Origin: Octopus vulgaris
Lineage: Eukaryota
Assembly (NCBI GenBank): GCA_951406725.2
Contig: OX597820.1
Coordinates: forward strand, 10,230,001 to 10,294,000
Length of the DNA stretch: 64,000 nucleotides
Direction: 5' to 3'
The translations under genes were made by a program, and so were the position numbers. This document shows positions 1-15,092 of the stretch, piece by piece. How positions within the stretch are numbered: position 1 is the stretch's first letter; each line of letters begins with the position of its first letter. Under the pieces are notes generated by a model. The model was not told the origin of the DNA. It ran no database searches and was given only the letters and a program-made list of their open reading frames with translations.

Positions 1-178
1 TGGTGAGAAATTCAAAGTGTTATCAGGTGTTGGGGAACAGAGATATAGAAATTGTAAGAGTCAAAGACATTGTACAGTGTTGTAGTTGCCTAGTTTTATT
101 ATAAGATTATTGGGGTTTATGGATGTAGTGGCAAGTTAGATGGACGGATTTTCTTAGTTGCAGTCTAGAATTAATTTC

Positions 179-244
<66 letters not shown>

Positions 245-448
245 GAGAATGAAGCAGAAGATCTCAGAGTAAGCACTCCCGCAAGCAATCAGGTTAATAT
301 TAAGAATATTACGAAACGGCTGTAATCATACGGAAAACATTAAATCAGTATTCCTCTCCCATGCCTTCTGATTTCATGGTTAACCCTCCACATATGTAAG
401 CACATACATATATATAAAAGAGAAAACAGAAAATTGAGAAATATTATT

Positions 449-548
<100 letters not shown>

Positions 549-810
549 TATAACAGAAAATGGAGAAATATTGTTTTCTACTCTAGACTCAAAGGCCCGA
601 AATTTTTGTGTTGGGACTAGTCGATTGTCCCTACATCGACCCAGTACGCAACTGGTACTTAATTTACCGATAGAATAAGTACTGGGCTTACAAAAGAATA
701 AGTCCCGAGGTTGAGTTGCTCGATTAAAGGCGGTGCTCCAGCATGGCCGCAGTCAAATGACTGAAACAAGTGAAAGAGATATATGTATAACAGAAAATGG
801 AGAAATATTG

Positions 811-1371
811 TTTTCTACTCTAGACTCAAAGGCCCGAAATTTTTGTGTTGGGACTAGTCGATTACATCGACCCAGTACGCAACTGGTACTTAATTTATCG
901 ACCCCGAAATGATGAAAGGCAAAGTCGACCTCGGTGGAATTTGAACTCAGTGTGTAAAGACAGACAAAATACCTATTTCTTTACTACCCACAAGGAGCTA
1001 AACACAGAGAGGACAAACAAGGACAGACAAACGGATTAAGTCGATTATATCGACCCCAGTGCGTAACTGGTACTTATTTAATCGACCCCGAAATGATGAA
1101 AGGCAAAGTCGACCTCGGTGGAATTTGAACTCAGTGTGTAAAGACAGACAAAATACCTATTTCTTTACTACCCACAAGGAGCTAAACACAGAGAGGACAA
1201 ACAAGGACAGACAAACGGATTAAGTCGATTATATCGACCCCAGTGCGTAACTGGTACTTATTTAATCGACCCCGAAATGATGAAAGGCAAAGTCGACCTC
1301 AGCGGAATTTGAGCTCAGAACGTAACGGCATTTCGCCCGGCGTGCTAACGTTTCTGACAGTTCGCCACCTT
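811..1371 (-). mobile_element. tRNA-derived SINE family B, trimeric copy with 17-bp TSD
   Basis: Minus strand reads head AAGGTGGCGAACTGTCAGAAACGTTAGC, B-box-like GAGCTCAAATTCC, central GTCGACTTTGCCTTTCATC..GGGGTCGAT..AAGTACCAG domain. ATCGACCCCG recurs at 897, 1081 and 1265 (184-bp period). AAAATGGAGAAATATTG is duplicated at 794-810 and 1372-1388. Confidence 0.9.
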
Positions 1372-1695
1372 AAAATGGAGAAATATTGATGAACAGCAAT
1401 TGCCTCGCAACAAATCAGAGTGAAAAATAAATAACAAAGGAAGAACCTAGAGAAGAAAAAGGAAAAGTTGAAAATGGCTGTAATCCTACCATTTTGTTTC
1501 TGTTTCTCTTTGGGGCGTTAAGTAAATGACTAAACTTAAAATAGCATTTTATGGATTAATCCTTTGTACGAGGTGGGGGGGATAGGATGGATAAATAATA
1601 AAAAAAAAAATAATAATTTTGGGATACACCAATAGGTTTTAGTCGGAGAAGGTGTGAAGATACAATAAGGTAATTTTTTAATAATTATGTTTATA

Positions 1696-1943
1696 AAACA
1701 AAAAAGAAATGCGCCCTTTTAAAGCCTAGGCAGGCTCATAGGCCCGGTTTTCCCGGTTTCAATGGCTTCTGGACAGGATGCTAGTCAGTCACAGGATTAC
1801 TCATTTTTGCCAGCTGAGTGGACTGGAGCAACGTGAAATGAATTATTTTGCTCAAGAACACAACGTATCGCCCGGTCCAGGGATCGAAACCGCAATCTCA
1901 CGATCATAATGCTGACACCCTAACCACTAAGCCACGCACCTCC
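1696..1943 (-). mobile_element. tRNA-derived SINE family C with 15-bp TSD
   Basis: Minus strand has A box TGGCTTAGTGG, B box GGTTTCGATCCC, CORE-like TGTGTTCTTGAGCAA. Flanked by ATAATTATGTTTATA (1681-1695) and ATAATTACGTTTATA (1944-1958). Confidence 0.85.
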
Positions 1944-2491
1944 ATAATTACGTTTATAGCACAAAATGATATATTCATCATAATGAAGTGGTAATCGATT
2001 AAATGTATTTTTTTTTATTTGCTAGTGGGTGGTTAAGCTCTTCCACCTGTTGTCCGAATTGAGGCAGGCAAATGTCCAACTTTCGATGTATTTGGTCAGC
2101 TGAAAATTAAAAACAAATGATCAGTTATTGAGATCGTTATACGGGGTAAGATAAATAAATAAATGAATGGAAAATGGTGAATGTTGTAAGGGGCCTGAAG
2201 CGTTATTGCTTTTACCTGTTACGTCAAATCTGATCGAACAGAACTGTGAACACAGGCAGTTTGTCTATTCGAAGAAAGTATAGAACTACATTAGCAAAAT
2301 GGGACCTTTTTATTTAAGGTGGGAGAATTATTTGAACTGAGGCAAATTTATCTCCTATTTCCTGTAAATCAAGTGATTACGGAGAGCTTTATTCATTAGA
2401 ATATATCTGTGTGTGTGTGTGTGTATGTGTATGTGTGTGTGCATGTGTGCATGTTTGCGCGATGTGTGGTGTGCTGGTATGTTTTTTGTGT

Positions 2492-2728
2492 AAGGCGGCG
2501 AGCTGGCAGAAACGTTAGCACGCCGGGCAAAATGCTTAGCAGTATTTCGTCTGCTGCTACGTTCTGAGTTCAAATTCCGCCGAGGTCGACTTTGCCTTTC
2601 CTCCCTTCGGGGTCGATTAAATAAGTACCAGTTACGCAATGGAGTCGATATAATCGACTTATTTTCGTTTGTCTGTCCTTGTTTGTCCTCAATGTGTTTG
2701 GCCCTTTGTGGATAGTAAAGAAATAGGT
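2492..2728 (+). mobile_element. SINE family B, monomer
   Basis: AAGGCGGCGAGCTGGCAGAAACGTTAGC head, GAGTTCAAATTCC B box, tail ending GTAAAGAAATAGGTA. Confidence 0.9.
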
Positions 2729-3074
2729 ATGTTTCTGTGTGTGTGTTTGTGTGTGTCTTTGTATGTTTTGTGCGTGTGTATGTGTATGTGTGTGTGTGTC
2801 TGAGGCGAAGGATATATCTACTGCTTGAGATGAGCAAATATTTAATGGCGAATGTGCGGTTAGCAGATGTTTTACAAAGAAATATTGTTTGGAAACGAAA
2901 TAAAATTTCAGCTGCTATGACGCACTGCGGGGGTCTTCCCAGATGTTGTCCATGCGTTTGTTTATGTAGCATTTATCGATTGTTACAAATAATGAAATAT
3001 TTTCACAACATAGAAAGAAATGCGTAGAAAAATGTAAAGGGGATTGATATTAGAATATGACTAAAATAACATAC

Positions 3075-3610
3075 TTTTCTACTCTAAGCACAAGGCCCGA
3101 AATTTTGGGGGAGGGTCCAGTCGATTAGATTGACCCAGTACACAACTGGTATTTAATTTATCGACCCCGAAAGGATGAGAGGCAAAGTCGACCTCGGCAG
3201 AATTTGAACTCAGAATGTAGCGGCAGACGAAATACCTATTTCTTTACTGTCCAAAAGGGGCTAAACACAGAGAGGACAAACAAGGACAGACAATGGATTA
3301 AGTCGATTAAATCGAACCCAGTGTGTCACTGGTACTTATTTAATCAACCCCGAAAGGATGAAAGGCAAAGTCGACCTCGGCGGAATTTGAACTCAGAACG
3401 TAACGGCAGACGAAATACCGCTAAGCATTTCACTCGGCATGCTAACGATTCTTTTCTACTTTAGGCACAAGGCCCGAAATTTTTGGGGAGGGCACACTCG
3501 ATTAGATCGACCCAGTACGCAACTAGTACTTAATTTATCGACCTCGAAAAGATGAAAAGCAAAGTCAACCTGTGCGGAATTTGAACTCAGAACATAAAGA
3601 CAGACGAAAG
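3075..3610 (-). mobile_element. SINE family B, dimer plus adjacent truncated copy
   Basis: Three repeats of the CGACCCCGAAAGGATGAAAGGCAAAGTCGACC block with both tail types. Confidence 0.85.
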
Positions 3611-3629
3611 TTACTAAAATCATATTGCA

Positions 3630-3806
3630 TAGGCACAGGCGTGGCTGTGTAGTAAGAAGCTTGTTTTCCAACCATATGGTTCCGGGTTCAGTTTCATTGC
3701 GTGGCACCTTGGCCTTGGGTAGATTTCGCATACGATAACCTCAGTCTAACCAAAGCCTCGTGAGTTGATATGGTAGACGGAAACCGAAAGAAGGTCGCTG
3801 TATACT

Positions 3807-3845
<39 letters not shown>

Positions 3846-4098
3846 ATGTGTGTGTGTGTGTGTTTGTTTTAATATGATGCTTCCTGGTTTTGTTTGTGCC
3901 CCACGATCGCCTGACAACCGGTGTTGGTGTGTTTACGTCCCCATAACTTAGCGGTTCGATGCAAGAGAGCGAGAGATTAAGTACCAAACTTTACAAAAAG
4001 TGATAAGTAGTGGGGTTAATTCATTCAACTAAAAATTCTTCAATCCGGTGCCCCATCATGGCCGCAGCCTATAGACTGAAACAGGTGTAGAATAAAAG
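3630..4098 (+). mobile_element. tRNA-derived SINE family A (internal (TA)/(TG) microsatellite)
   Basis: GGCACAGGCGTGGCTGTGTAGTAAG A-box region, GGTTCAGTT B box, internal microsatellite, tail CATGGCCGCAG..GACTGAAACA. Confidence 0.85.
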
Positions 4099-4179
4099 AT
4101 GCAGGAAGATGTACTTAACAGGGCGGTGAATATTCCGACTGATCGATACAAACTCAGTTGATTGCCAATACAAATAAAC

Positions 4180-4665
4180 TCAAACTCCGCCGAGGTCGAC
4201 TTTGCCTTTCATCCTTTTGTGGTCGATAAATTGAGTATTAGTTGCGTACTGGAGTGGATCAAATCGATTGCCCCACCCCTCTCTCCAAAAATTTCGCACC
4301 TTGTGCCTAAAGTAGAAAACAATCGGCACCACACCGGGTGAAATGCTTAGCGGTGTTTCGTCTGCCGTTACGTTCTGAGTTCAAATTCCGCCGAGGTCGA
4401 CTTTGCCTTTCATCCTTTTCGGGTCGATGAATTAAGTACCAGTTACGCACTGGGGTCGATGTGATCGATTTAATCTGTTTGTCTGTCCTTGTTTGTCGTC
4501 TCTGTGTTTAGCCCCTTGTGGGTAGTAAAAAATAGGTATTTCGTCTGCCGTTACATTTTGAGTTCAAATTCCGCCGAGGTCGACGTTACCTTTCATACTT
4601 TTGGATTTAACCGATTTATCCTCCCTCCCAAAATGGCTGCCCTTGTGGCAAAATTTGAAATCATT
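4180..4665 (+). mobile_element. SINE family B cluster
   Basis: Three CCGCCGAGGTCGAC blocks; the tail-to-body junction AAAAATAGGTATTTCGTCTG is present. Confidence 0.8.
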
Positions 4666-5191
4666 ATTATTAAAGAACAAAACAAAACATAGATACTATA
4701 CCAGAAAGAAAGTCAACGCTACACACGCACAAACTAAAAACAAAATGGAGACACTTCAGGCATTGTTTTCCACATTAAAAAAAACATTTATTATTTTGAA
4801 TTTGTTAATATTTTTATATAATAAAAACATTTTCTCATTAAAAGTTGTTTTTATTGTCTCCTTATACACATACTAAATTTAAAGAGTAATTTAAAAAAAT
4901 GTAAAACAACCATTTTACTCAATGCATATGTTTAGGAAATAAATCGTCATAATTATTTAGAGCCTTTACGTTCTGAGTTCAAATTTCGCCGAGATTGACT
5001 TTGTTTTCATCTTTACATCATTTCATCGACAAAATAAGTACCAATTGCGTACTTGGGTCCCTGGACTCCAATAACCCCCTTCCACTAATTCATTTATATT
5101 TACATAAATCGCAAAAGATGAAATCACGGTGGCGATGTAAAAAGCAGTGTACACTCACACTCACACGCACACACACACATATATACATACA

Positions 5192-5303
<112 letters not shown>

Positions 5304-5324
5304 CTTTATACATATTTCATATAC

Positions 5325-6084
<760 letters not shown>

Positions 6085-6167
6085 TACACACAAGCAGACA
6101 CACACAGGCATTTATTTATAAAGACAGAAAAATGCAATAATAATCATTGTCCATTTAATGGAAATTG

Positions 6168-6308
6168 AGGTGCAGAAATGACAGCATGGTTAAGTAGTTC
6201 GCATGGCAACCAAGCGATCGCGGGTTCGGATCCTGCGTGACACAGTCAGCAAATGTAGCCGCGGTTTCATCAATGTTTCAAGAGTGACGTTAGGGAACCT
6301 GCCGTTTA
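6168..6308 (+). mobile_element. Short tRNA-headed SINE (family D) ending in (TGTA)n
   Basis: A-box-like TGACAGCATGG and B box GGTTCGGATCC; no acceptor stem, so not a tRNA. Confidence 0.55.
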
Positions 6309-6424
6309 TGTATGTATGTATGTATGTATGTATGTATGTATGTATGTATGTAGGTATGTATGTATGCGTATGTATGTATGGTATGTAATGTATGTACATA
6401 TAAATGTATGTATGAATGTATATA

Positions 6425-6455
<31 letters not shown>

Positions 6456-6459
6456 GTAA

Positions 6460-6740
6460 TATATAAGAATTTTATGCGTAATAAGATAAAAAAAAGCCAA
6501 GGCTGTATAGATATTAGAGCATTAAGCTGTAAAACCTTCTATCTATAAATGCTTTAATATCTATACAGCCTTGGCTTTTTTTTATCTTATTACGCAAAAA
6601 AATTCTTATATAAACACGGTGACATAGAACCAACGCTTGAACCCTTTATTCGTAATATTACCGAATCTGGAACTTAACTATGGTCTGTCTATAGCACTTA
6701 TTCAGCATTACCTGACACCTTTGAGTCTCAGTGACACCAT
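6460..6740 (+). mobile_element. Fold-back element with one-sided tail (Penelope-like)
   Basis: 6460-6523 and 6548-6612 are near-perfect inverted repeats. The spacer starts AAGCTGTAAAACC, a unique tail runs to about 6740, and (TA)n lies on the left. Confidence 0.6.
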
Positions 6741-6742
6741 TA

Positions 6743-6794
<52 letters not shown>

Positions 6795-6949
6795 ATCTTT
6801 TATGTATATGTATACACAATTGCATACAGATATACATGCATATATGCAGAGCTATCTATCTATCTGATGTTTGTATATATTTACGTGCACAGGGACAGCA
6901 ATAAAATGACGGATAATAACGAATGGCCATTAAATAAAAAAGGCATTCT

Positions 6950-7010
<61 letters not shown>

Positions 7011-7364
7011 CTGTATACACACGTTAATGCACATATTAGAATGTCTCTTCTTTTCTTTAAATGTTTATTCGTTATTCGTTATAATCCGTCTTTTTTATTG
7101 CGCCCCCTGCTAAAATGCTTTGCACGTAAATATGTTTTTCGTATACATATATAGTTTTCTTTAATTCAAATTCTAAGACGAAAAAAAAAAAAAACATTAG
7201 ATATGAAAACAACCATTTTCCTCGCTGCATATATTTAAAAATAAATCTACTTTAGTATTTATGCAGCCTCCTTCATTTATTAAAAATTATTACATATTTT
7301 TCACTACTCACTGTCTTTCAGTTCGATTTTATTTTCAACCATCCCTTTCCGCTATCTTTTCTTC

Positions 7365-7762
<398 letters not shown>

Positions 7763-8311
7763 TAGAGTGAGAGTGAACGAGCGGGAGAGAGAGCGGACTT
7801 AAGATAAATAGATATTGCTGTGAACTTATATGATCTATTTCTGTTTTCATTCACATCTAAAGAACGCGAAAAAATTGAAAGCAGCAACAACAACGCGATC
7901 AATATTATCAACATTAACAAAATAAATAAATAAATAAAATAAAATCACAAAGAAAAAAAAAGAAAGAAGAAAATAATAACTATGAAGATAAAATCTTTTG
8001 ATATATTTTGCGGTTTTTTTTTTTACTATCGCTATTGATGTATTAGCGACTTCCGAAAATAAAATTAACCATTTTCTGTTTGTTCCTTTTAAAATTAAGT
8101 AACAATCCCTGCAAGTACTAGCAACAACCTCACCACTGCCGCGACCACGACCCCTGCCGCCGCCGCTGCAGCCGCAGCCGTAGCCACTACGATGAACACC
8201 ATCCTTCCTGTCTCCACCACTATCGCAATCGTTCTTCAAATCATTGCCGCATCAACCACTAACACAATTCAAACGGCAAATACTATCGAGTGGTAACACA
8301 ATTACACATTT

Positions 8312-8930
8312 AAGGCGGCGAGCTGGTAGAATCGTTAACGCGCTAGGCAAGATACTTAGAGGACATTTCGTTCATCTTTACGATCTGAGTTCAAATACCG
8401 CCTGGGTCAATTTTGCATTTTATCATTTCGGGGTCGATAAAATAATTACCAGTTGAGCACAGGAGACGATATAATCGACTTAATCCGTTTGTCTGTCCTT
8501 GTTTGTCCTCTCTGTGTTTAGCCCCTTGTGGGTAGTAAAGAAATATATATTTTAGGGCGGCGTGCTGGCAGAAACGTTAGCACGCCGGGCGAAATGTTGA
8601 GTGGTATTACGTCTGCCGCTACGTTCTGAGTTCAAATTCCGCCGAGGTCGACTTTGTCTCTCATCTAATAAGTACCAGTTTCATCAAATAAGTACCAGTT
8701 ACGCATTGGGGTCGATATAATCGGCTTAATCCGTTTGTCTGTCCTTGTTTGTCCCCTCTGTGTTTAACCCCTTGTGGGTAGTAAAGAAATAGGTATTTCG
8801 CCCGTCGCTACGTTCTGAGTTCAAATTCCACCGTAGTGGAAGTACCAGTTGAACACTTGGGTCGATGTAATCGACTCATCCCTTTCTTCCAAAATGGCTG
8901 CCATGTGGTAAAATTTGAAACCATTATTAT
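8312..8930 (+). mobile_element. SINE family B tandem cluster
   Basis: Heads at about 8312 and 8555, two GTAGTAAAGAAATA tails, and a re-entry junction GGTATTTCG near 8791. Confidence 0.85.
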
Positions 8931-10859
8931 AACATATTATTTTCCGTCTACTAAATTCAGTGACAAGGTATTAGTCAACCAGGGGCTATGGTGGTAGACA
9001 CTCAAGTTTCCGAGCAAAGAGACTGAACCTGAAACCACGTGGTTGTAAAGCAAGTTTCCTAACCACACAGCCATATATGTGCCTATAGCTAAATATTACA
9101 TAATTTATCAGACCCTATAATGACTCTATCAGCTCCATCCACCCGCAGTAAATGAACTACCCGATGTTCAAGTCCTTACAACTATAGAACAGATAAAATA
9201 AAGCCCTTTCTTCGATTGTATTAACTACTTAAGTAGAGTAATATTCGATTCGGAAATACATTATTTCTGTTCTTCAGCGTTCAACATCTTTGATAAAAAG
9301 TAAATAAAAAGATGTGTGTGTAGATGTACTAAGCTGTCATTATCAGTTCAAAAACGGGGAGAGGTACTATTAAGAAACTTTTTAAAGTTATCTTTACAGA
9401 TTTCCTATATAAATTAGTCATCACTGATAATTTGCGACGTTTCGTATACGTATGCGATCGATGACAGAAAAATAGGTAATGTGTGTATATACGTATTTCA
9501 GGAATTATTGCTCTCTTTTCAGCACCACATCTAGCTCATCAATCATCCCCGAACACATTGCCAAAATATCCGTCAGATTTAGCGATGTAACAACTGGATC
9601 CACCAATTTACGTATTAAACATGTTTCTGGCAACTTCTATGTACATAATAGTTGCCTGCAGGGACACTGTATTTCGTTTGCGACCATAAAATACTATAAA
9701 GTATATTAAAGGTTTATAAGTCAACGAAATGCGGTGGCCCATCAAGCAGTTAATATTTAGAAGCTATATTTTATTTCCTCGCTATTCTCTGCTGAAGTGA
9801 AGTTTACTCGCAATAAAGATATCTGAGACCGCTTTACTTTCCTTAAATATTTCGTTTAGTTTTAAACTTTACCAGGCTTGCTTGGCTGTCATCCATTCAA
9901 GGACAATAGGTAATAGTACACCGAATGAACTACCCTCACACACTGACAATTGGATTAGTACCTCGTCGAAAAGACAATCGATAATTACTAATGAGATAAG
10001 AAAAGCGGTGTTTCTTGTGGAAGGGGTGAGTGAGTGAGTTCTGATGTTTTTGTTAAATAAGACATCAAAACAGGAGAAAAAAATCGATCAAGAGGTTATG
10101 ATGAAACATTTTTGTAATAAGACTTTCTGTTTTGAACACGTTAATATCTCTATATCACCATTGTTGTTGCTATTTTTATATTGTTACGAATTGTTTTGGT
10201 TCAGGTTCCCTTTAATTAGAGTCTTTAAAGAGAGGGAGAGAGATAGAGAGATAGAAATAGAAAGCGAGAAAGAGAGGGAGAGAGACAGATAGACAGAGCT
10301 GGTAGAAAATATCTGTGATGCGAACGATTTACTGATTTCAATAGAGATTTTTTTAATGGTGCAACTTCATTCTGTTTCATAAATAATAAGGAAAACTTTT
10401 GATTCTAACTGTGAGAGATTTTATCTAAAATCTGCAGCCTTCCAGCCTGTTAGCTTAAATCATTTAGTCTTACAAGCTAATCAACCGTATCGTCTCTTTA
10501 TAGACTTGATAACACTACTGAATATTTTTACAATAGCATTCTATATAGAATTGAAAAGTTTCAGATCTGCAGAGTTCTAACAATTAGTTTTCACCACAAA
10601 GTCAAGCCCTTCTGTGCCTCAATGACCCTGTGATCTATGCCAACAAATCGCAAGCTCATGGCAGGGCTTGCCATGATAGAGAGGTCACAGGATAAGGACT
10701 AGACTAATATAGATCACCTCAAACCAGACGCAAAATAGGTTTGCACAGGACCAATAAACTTATCTGGAAAATAAGGAAAGTTACAGAAGCATTGATGTCA
10801 CTTCAAGATCAACAGGATCTAGGAGAGGAAGTCTTTCCCTTAGAGAGACATAAACTATA

Positions 10860-11320
10860 AGAGGAGAGTGTGTGTAAGCGAGGATGTCATTAAAATAACT
10901 GGAAGTATGATACAAAGGCAGTGGAAGCACATGGCCTAGTGGTTAGAGCAGCGGACTCGCGGTCGAGGGATCGCGGGTTCGAATCTCAGACCGAGTGATG
11001 TGTGTGTTTATGAGCGAAACACCTAAGCTCCATGCGGCTCCGGCAGAAGATAATGGCAAACCTCTGCTGACTCTTTCACCACAGCTTTCTCTCACTCTGT
11101 CCTTCTGCATCTTGCAGCTCACCTGCGACGGACCAGCATCCCGTCCAGGTGGGGAACCTATACGCCAAGGAAACCGGGAAACCGGCCCTTATGAGCCAAG
11201 CATGGCTCGAGAAGGAGCAAACAACAACAACAATATACAAAGGCAGAGATGAAAAACCGGGAATACAACTGGAGTGAAGCAGAAAAGAGAGCCCAGAACC
11301 GAGAAAAGTGGAGTAAGGTG
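10860..11320 (+). pseudogene. Degenerate RTE-type LINE 3' coding remnant, split by a SINE
   Basis: With the SINE removed it reads NWKYDTKAEMKNREYNWSEAEKRAQNREKWS, resembling the RTE C-terminal TW..AQDR..W pattern. Confidence 0.55.
10922..11234 (+). mobile_element. Full-length tRNA-derived SINE (family C-related) with (CAA)n tail and 12-bp TSD
   Basis: A box TGGCCTAGTGG, B box GGTTCGAATCTC, tail ACAACAACAACAA. ATACAAAGGCAG is duplicated at 10910-10921 and 11235-11246. Confidence 0.9.
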
Positions 11321-11591
11321 ATGGAGTAAGGTGTGGACGTCTCACGTTTAGTTCTGCAAATTTTATTTTGCTATGACGGTCACACTGATGAATTGCGGAC
11401 ATTTACGTATACAATTGTGTAAGTGGTTACAATGAAACCTGGTATATGACTAATCAGTATATTTTGTATCTTTTCATTTTTCTTGCTCGCTTACGTTCTG
11501 GCGTTTGCTGAATTTTCTTGAGAACAATCTTTTCTTCGTGGTCAGACCATATGAGGTCTACTTCTAGCATATTGGATGTCCACTTAGTGGA

Positions 11592-11822
<231 letters not shown>

Positions 11823-12616
11823 CATACATATATTGCATATTATTTATTATTTATTATTCATTATATGTATATATATATATACATATATATGTGTGTGTGT
11901 GTTTTGGACATCAAACACTGTCTACGTCTACCAACTTCACCCCAAAAACCTTGATTAGTCTGTAATTGTAGTAGAAGACACTTGCTCCAGATGCGCGCAG
12001 TGGGAATGAAACCGTGACCTCGTGGCTTCAAAGCGAACTTCTTAAAGACGCGACCACGCCAGGAGACACACACTAAGCAAAGTACTCCAGTTCAGGAAAT
12101 ATTTCTCTAAAGTCTTCCCCAAACGACAATTTGAAAAATTAGCAATATATCCCATTCTATTCACTAAGAAATATACAATTCGACGTTGATTGACTAACCA
12201 CTTCCGAAATACCTGAGGTTATTTTCAAATTCATCGATTCCAGTACATTAAGTTAATAACTGGCATATTTAATAAATGGTAAAATTTCCAATCAAATTCT
12301 AAAAGATTGTGTGAAGAATGGAGCTTAATACAGGATTCGTTGGTATTAAGAGCTGATTGGCTGGTTGCCTTGAATTCTATTACGGCTTTTTATTTCATAA
12401 TCCTTTGATAGTGGAGAATTAGGCGTAGGCGATGCTGTGGCTAAGAACCTTGCTTTGCAACAACATGGTTCCGGGTTCAGTCCCATTGCCGTTTCTTGTG
12501 CAAGTGTGTTATTATAAAGCTCTGGGCCTACCAATAATTTACGAGTGAATTCGGGAGACGAAATTACACACGCTCAGACACACACACACACGCAGATAGA
12601 TAGACACACACACACA

Positions 12617-12674
<58 letters not shown>

Positions 12675-12676
<2 letters not shown>

Positions 12677-12810
12677 GTTCAAATTTTCAAATTAATAGAA
12701 AACAAAAGATGAGGTTAAGTGTAAGAACAACATGCATGTGTATTAGTTGGAAACGTATTTTACGTTTCGAGCCTATGCTCTTCGACAGAAAGGAAAAAAA
12801 AACAGATTTA
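12675..12810 (-). mobile_element. (TA)n-associated family P3 with variant hammerhead-like motif
   Basis: Minus strand TTT-CTGTCGA-A-GAGC atag GCTC-GAAA-CG-TA-AAA at 12758-12791; similar copy at 15983-16118. Confidence 0.6.
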
Positions 12811-12884
<74 letters not shown>

Positions 12885-13328
12885 GCAAGGATGGCACGTA
12901 TGAATGACGAAGCCACCTTGACTATGATTCTATGAACCGTAAAAATTAATACAGAGAGTTGCTTATTTGCAAAAAAAAAAGAAATATAACATGTGACTTC
13001 ATTGACCGAGGTTACCGTGGTCTTTTCCGTAGGCTTTTCTTTCCACGGGTAAACCTCACCTGTCCTCCCCTTTACACTTCATATTAACATTTCTGTGATA
13101 ACGATCCCTATTGATCAATTTTTTTTTCCTCTCCCCCATTTTTTTTAACCCCCCTTTTTTGTCCTCTTTCTCTCCTTTTACGATCCCTTTTGATCGACCC
13201 CCCCCCTTTTTTATTTTATTTTATTTTTTATTTTATTATTTTTTTTTTTTTTTAAACCTTCAAAAGAAAAGCTCTACCTTGTAATTTGTTCTATCTGTGT
13301 GCAGCCCTGTGTGGCTAATAAAGAAACA
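12885..13328 (+). mobile_element. 5'-truncated Tx1/L1-type LINE 3' end in (TATC)n, copy 1
   Basis: Encodes ARMARMNDEATLTMIL* and a 3' UTR highly similar to copy 2; ends AATAAAGAAACA; (TATC)n on both sides. Confidence 0.75.
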
Positions 13329-13379
<51 letters not shown>

Positions 13380-13394
13380 ATATCTATCTATCTA

Positions 13395-13434
<40 letters not shown>

Positions 13435-13438
13435 TCTA

Positions 13439-13537
<99 letters not shown>

Positions 13538-13542
13538 GTCTG

Positions 13543-14424
<882 letters not shown>

Positions 14425-14499
14425 CATCTATCCATATACACGCAAAATCTTGATATATTGATGTGAGTGTATGTATATATGCCTCTGAGTCGTTGTGTT

Positions 14500-15092
14500 T
14501 GTCTTTATTACCTCACTACCACCACTTAATAACCGGTGTTGGTTCATTTTTAACCGCTTATCACAATGCTCCAGCAAAAGAGAATGATAGAATAAGAACC
14601 AGTATTTACAAAGAAGTAAAAGATAAATACTGGTTTTGGTTTGGTCGACTAAAAAACCCGTCAAGGCAGTGCTCTAGCATGGCCGCAGATCAATGGGTAA
14701 AAAAAACACAAAAAATATTAAAAAATGAGAGTGGATGAAGTGAGGTCTGTTTTATCTAAGTCATTAGACAGCGGCCACCCTGGGGCATCGCCTCGAAAAA
14801 TATTATTCGACCGAAGTCTCGTACTTGCTCTGTCGACTCTTTTGCCGAATCGCTAGGCTACGGGGATGTAAACGTACCAATATCGGTTGTCAATTAGTGG
14901 TGGAAGACAAACACAGACAAAAGACACACACACACATGTATACGATGCGCTTCTTTCAGCTTCCGTCTACCAAATCCACTCACTAGGTTTTGGTTAGCCC
15001 ATGGCTATTGTAGAAGACACTCACCCAAGGAGCCACGCAGTGAGAATGAACCAGGAACCAAACTTCTTACCACACAGCCACGCATGCGCCTG
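14500..15092. mobile_element. Two diverged SINE A copies, tail to tail
   Basis: Plus-strand 3' half at 14500-14700 and minus-strand copy at 14755-15092. Confidence 0.75.

Noticed and set aside
293-330. Stem II-GAAAC-GGCT-GTA hammerhead 3' half
   Set aside because: No CTGANGA box upstream; at most a truncated remnant.
845-1039. Recurring peptides such as RNWYL..RPRKDERQSRPRRNLNS and CPRCHAVGLNPEPCGW across many ORFs
   Set aside because: Chance translations of SINE B and SINE A; not a protein family.
897-1300. Regularly spaced repeats resembling a CRISPR array
   Set aside because: The whole 184-bp unit repeats with no unique spacers; eukaryotic SINE multimer.
9479-9709. 76-aa ORF with an internal TTTTCAG acceptor
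   Set aside because: No recognisable homology or clear donor site.
10922-10995. tRNA-like sequence with A and B boxes
   Set aside because: No acceptor stem; it continues into a SINE body bounded by a TSD.
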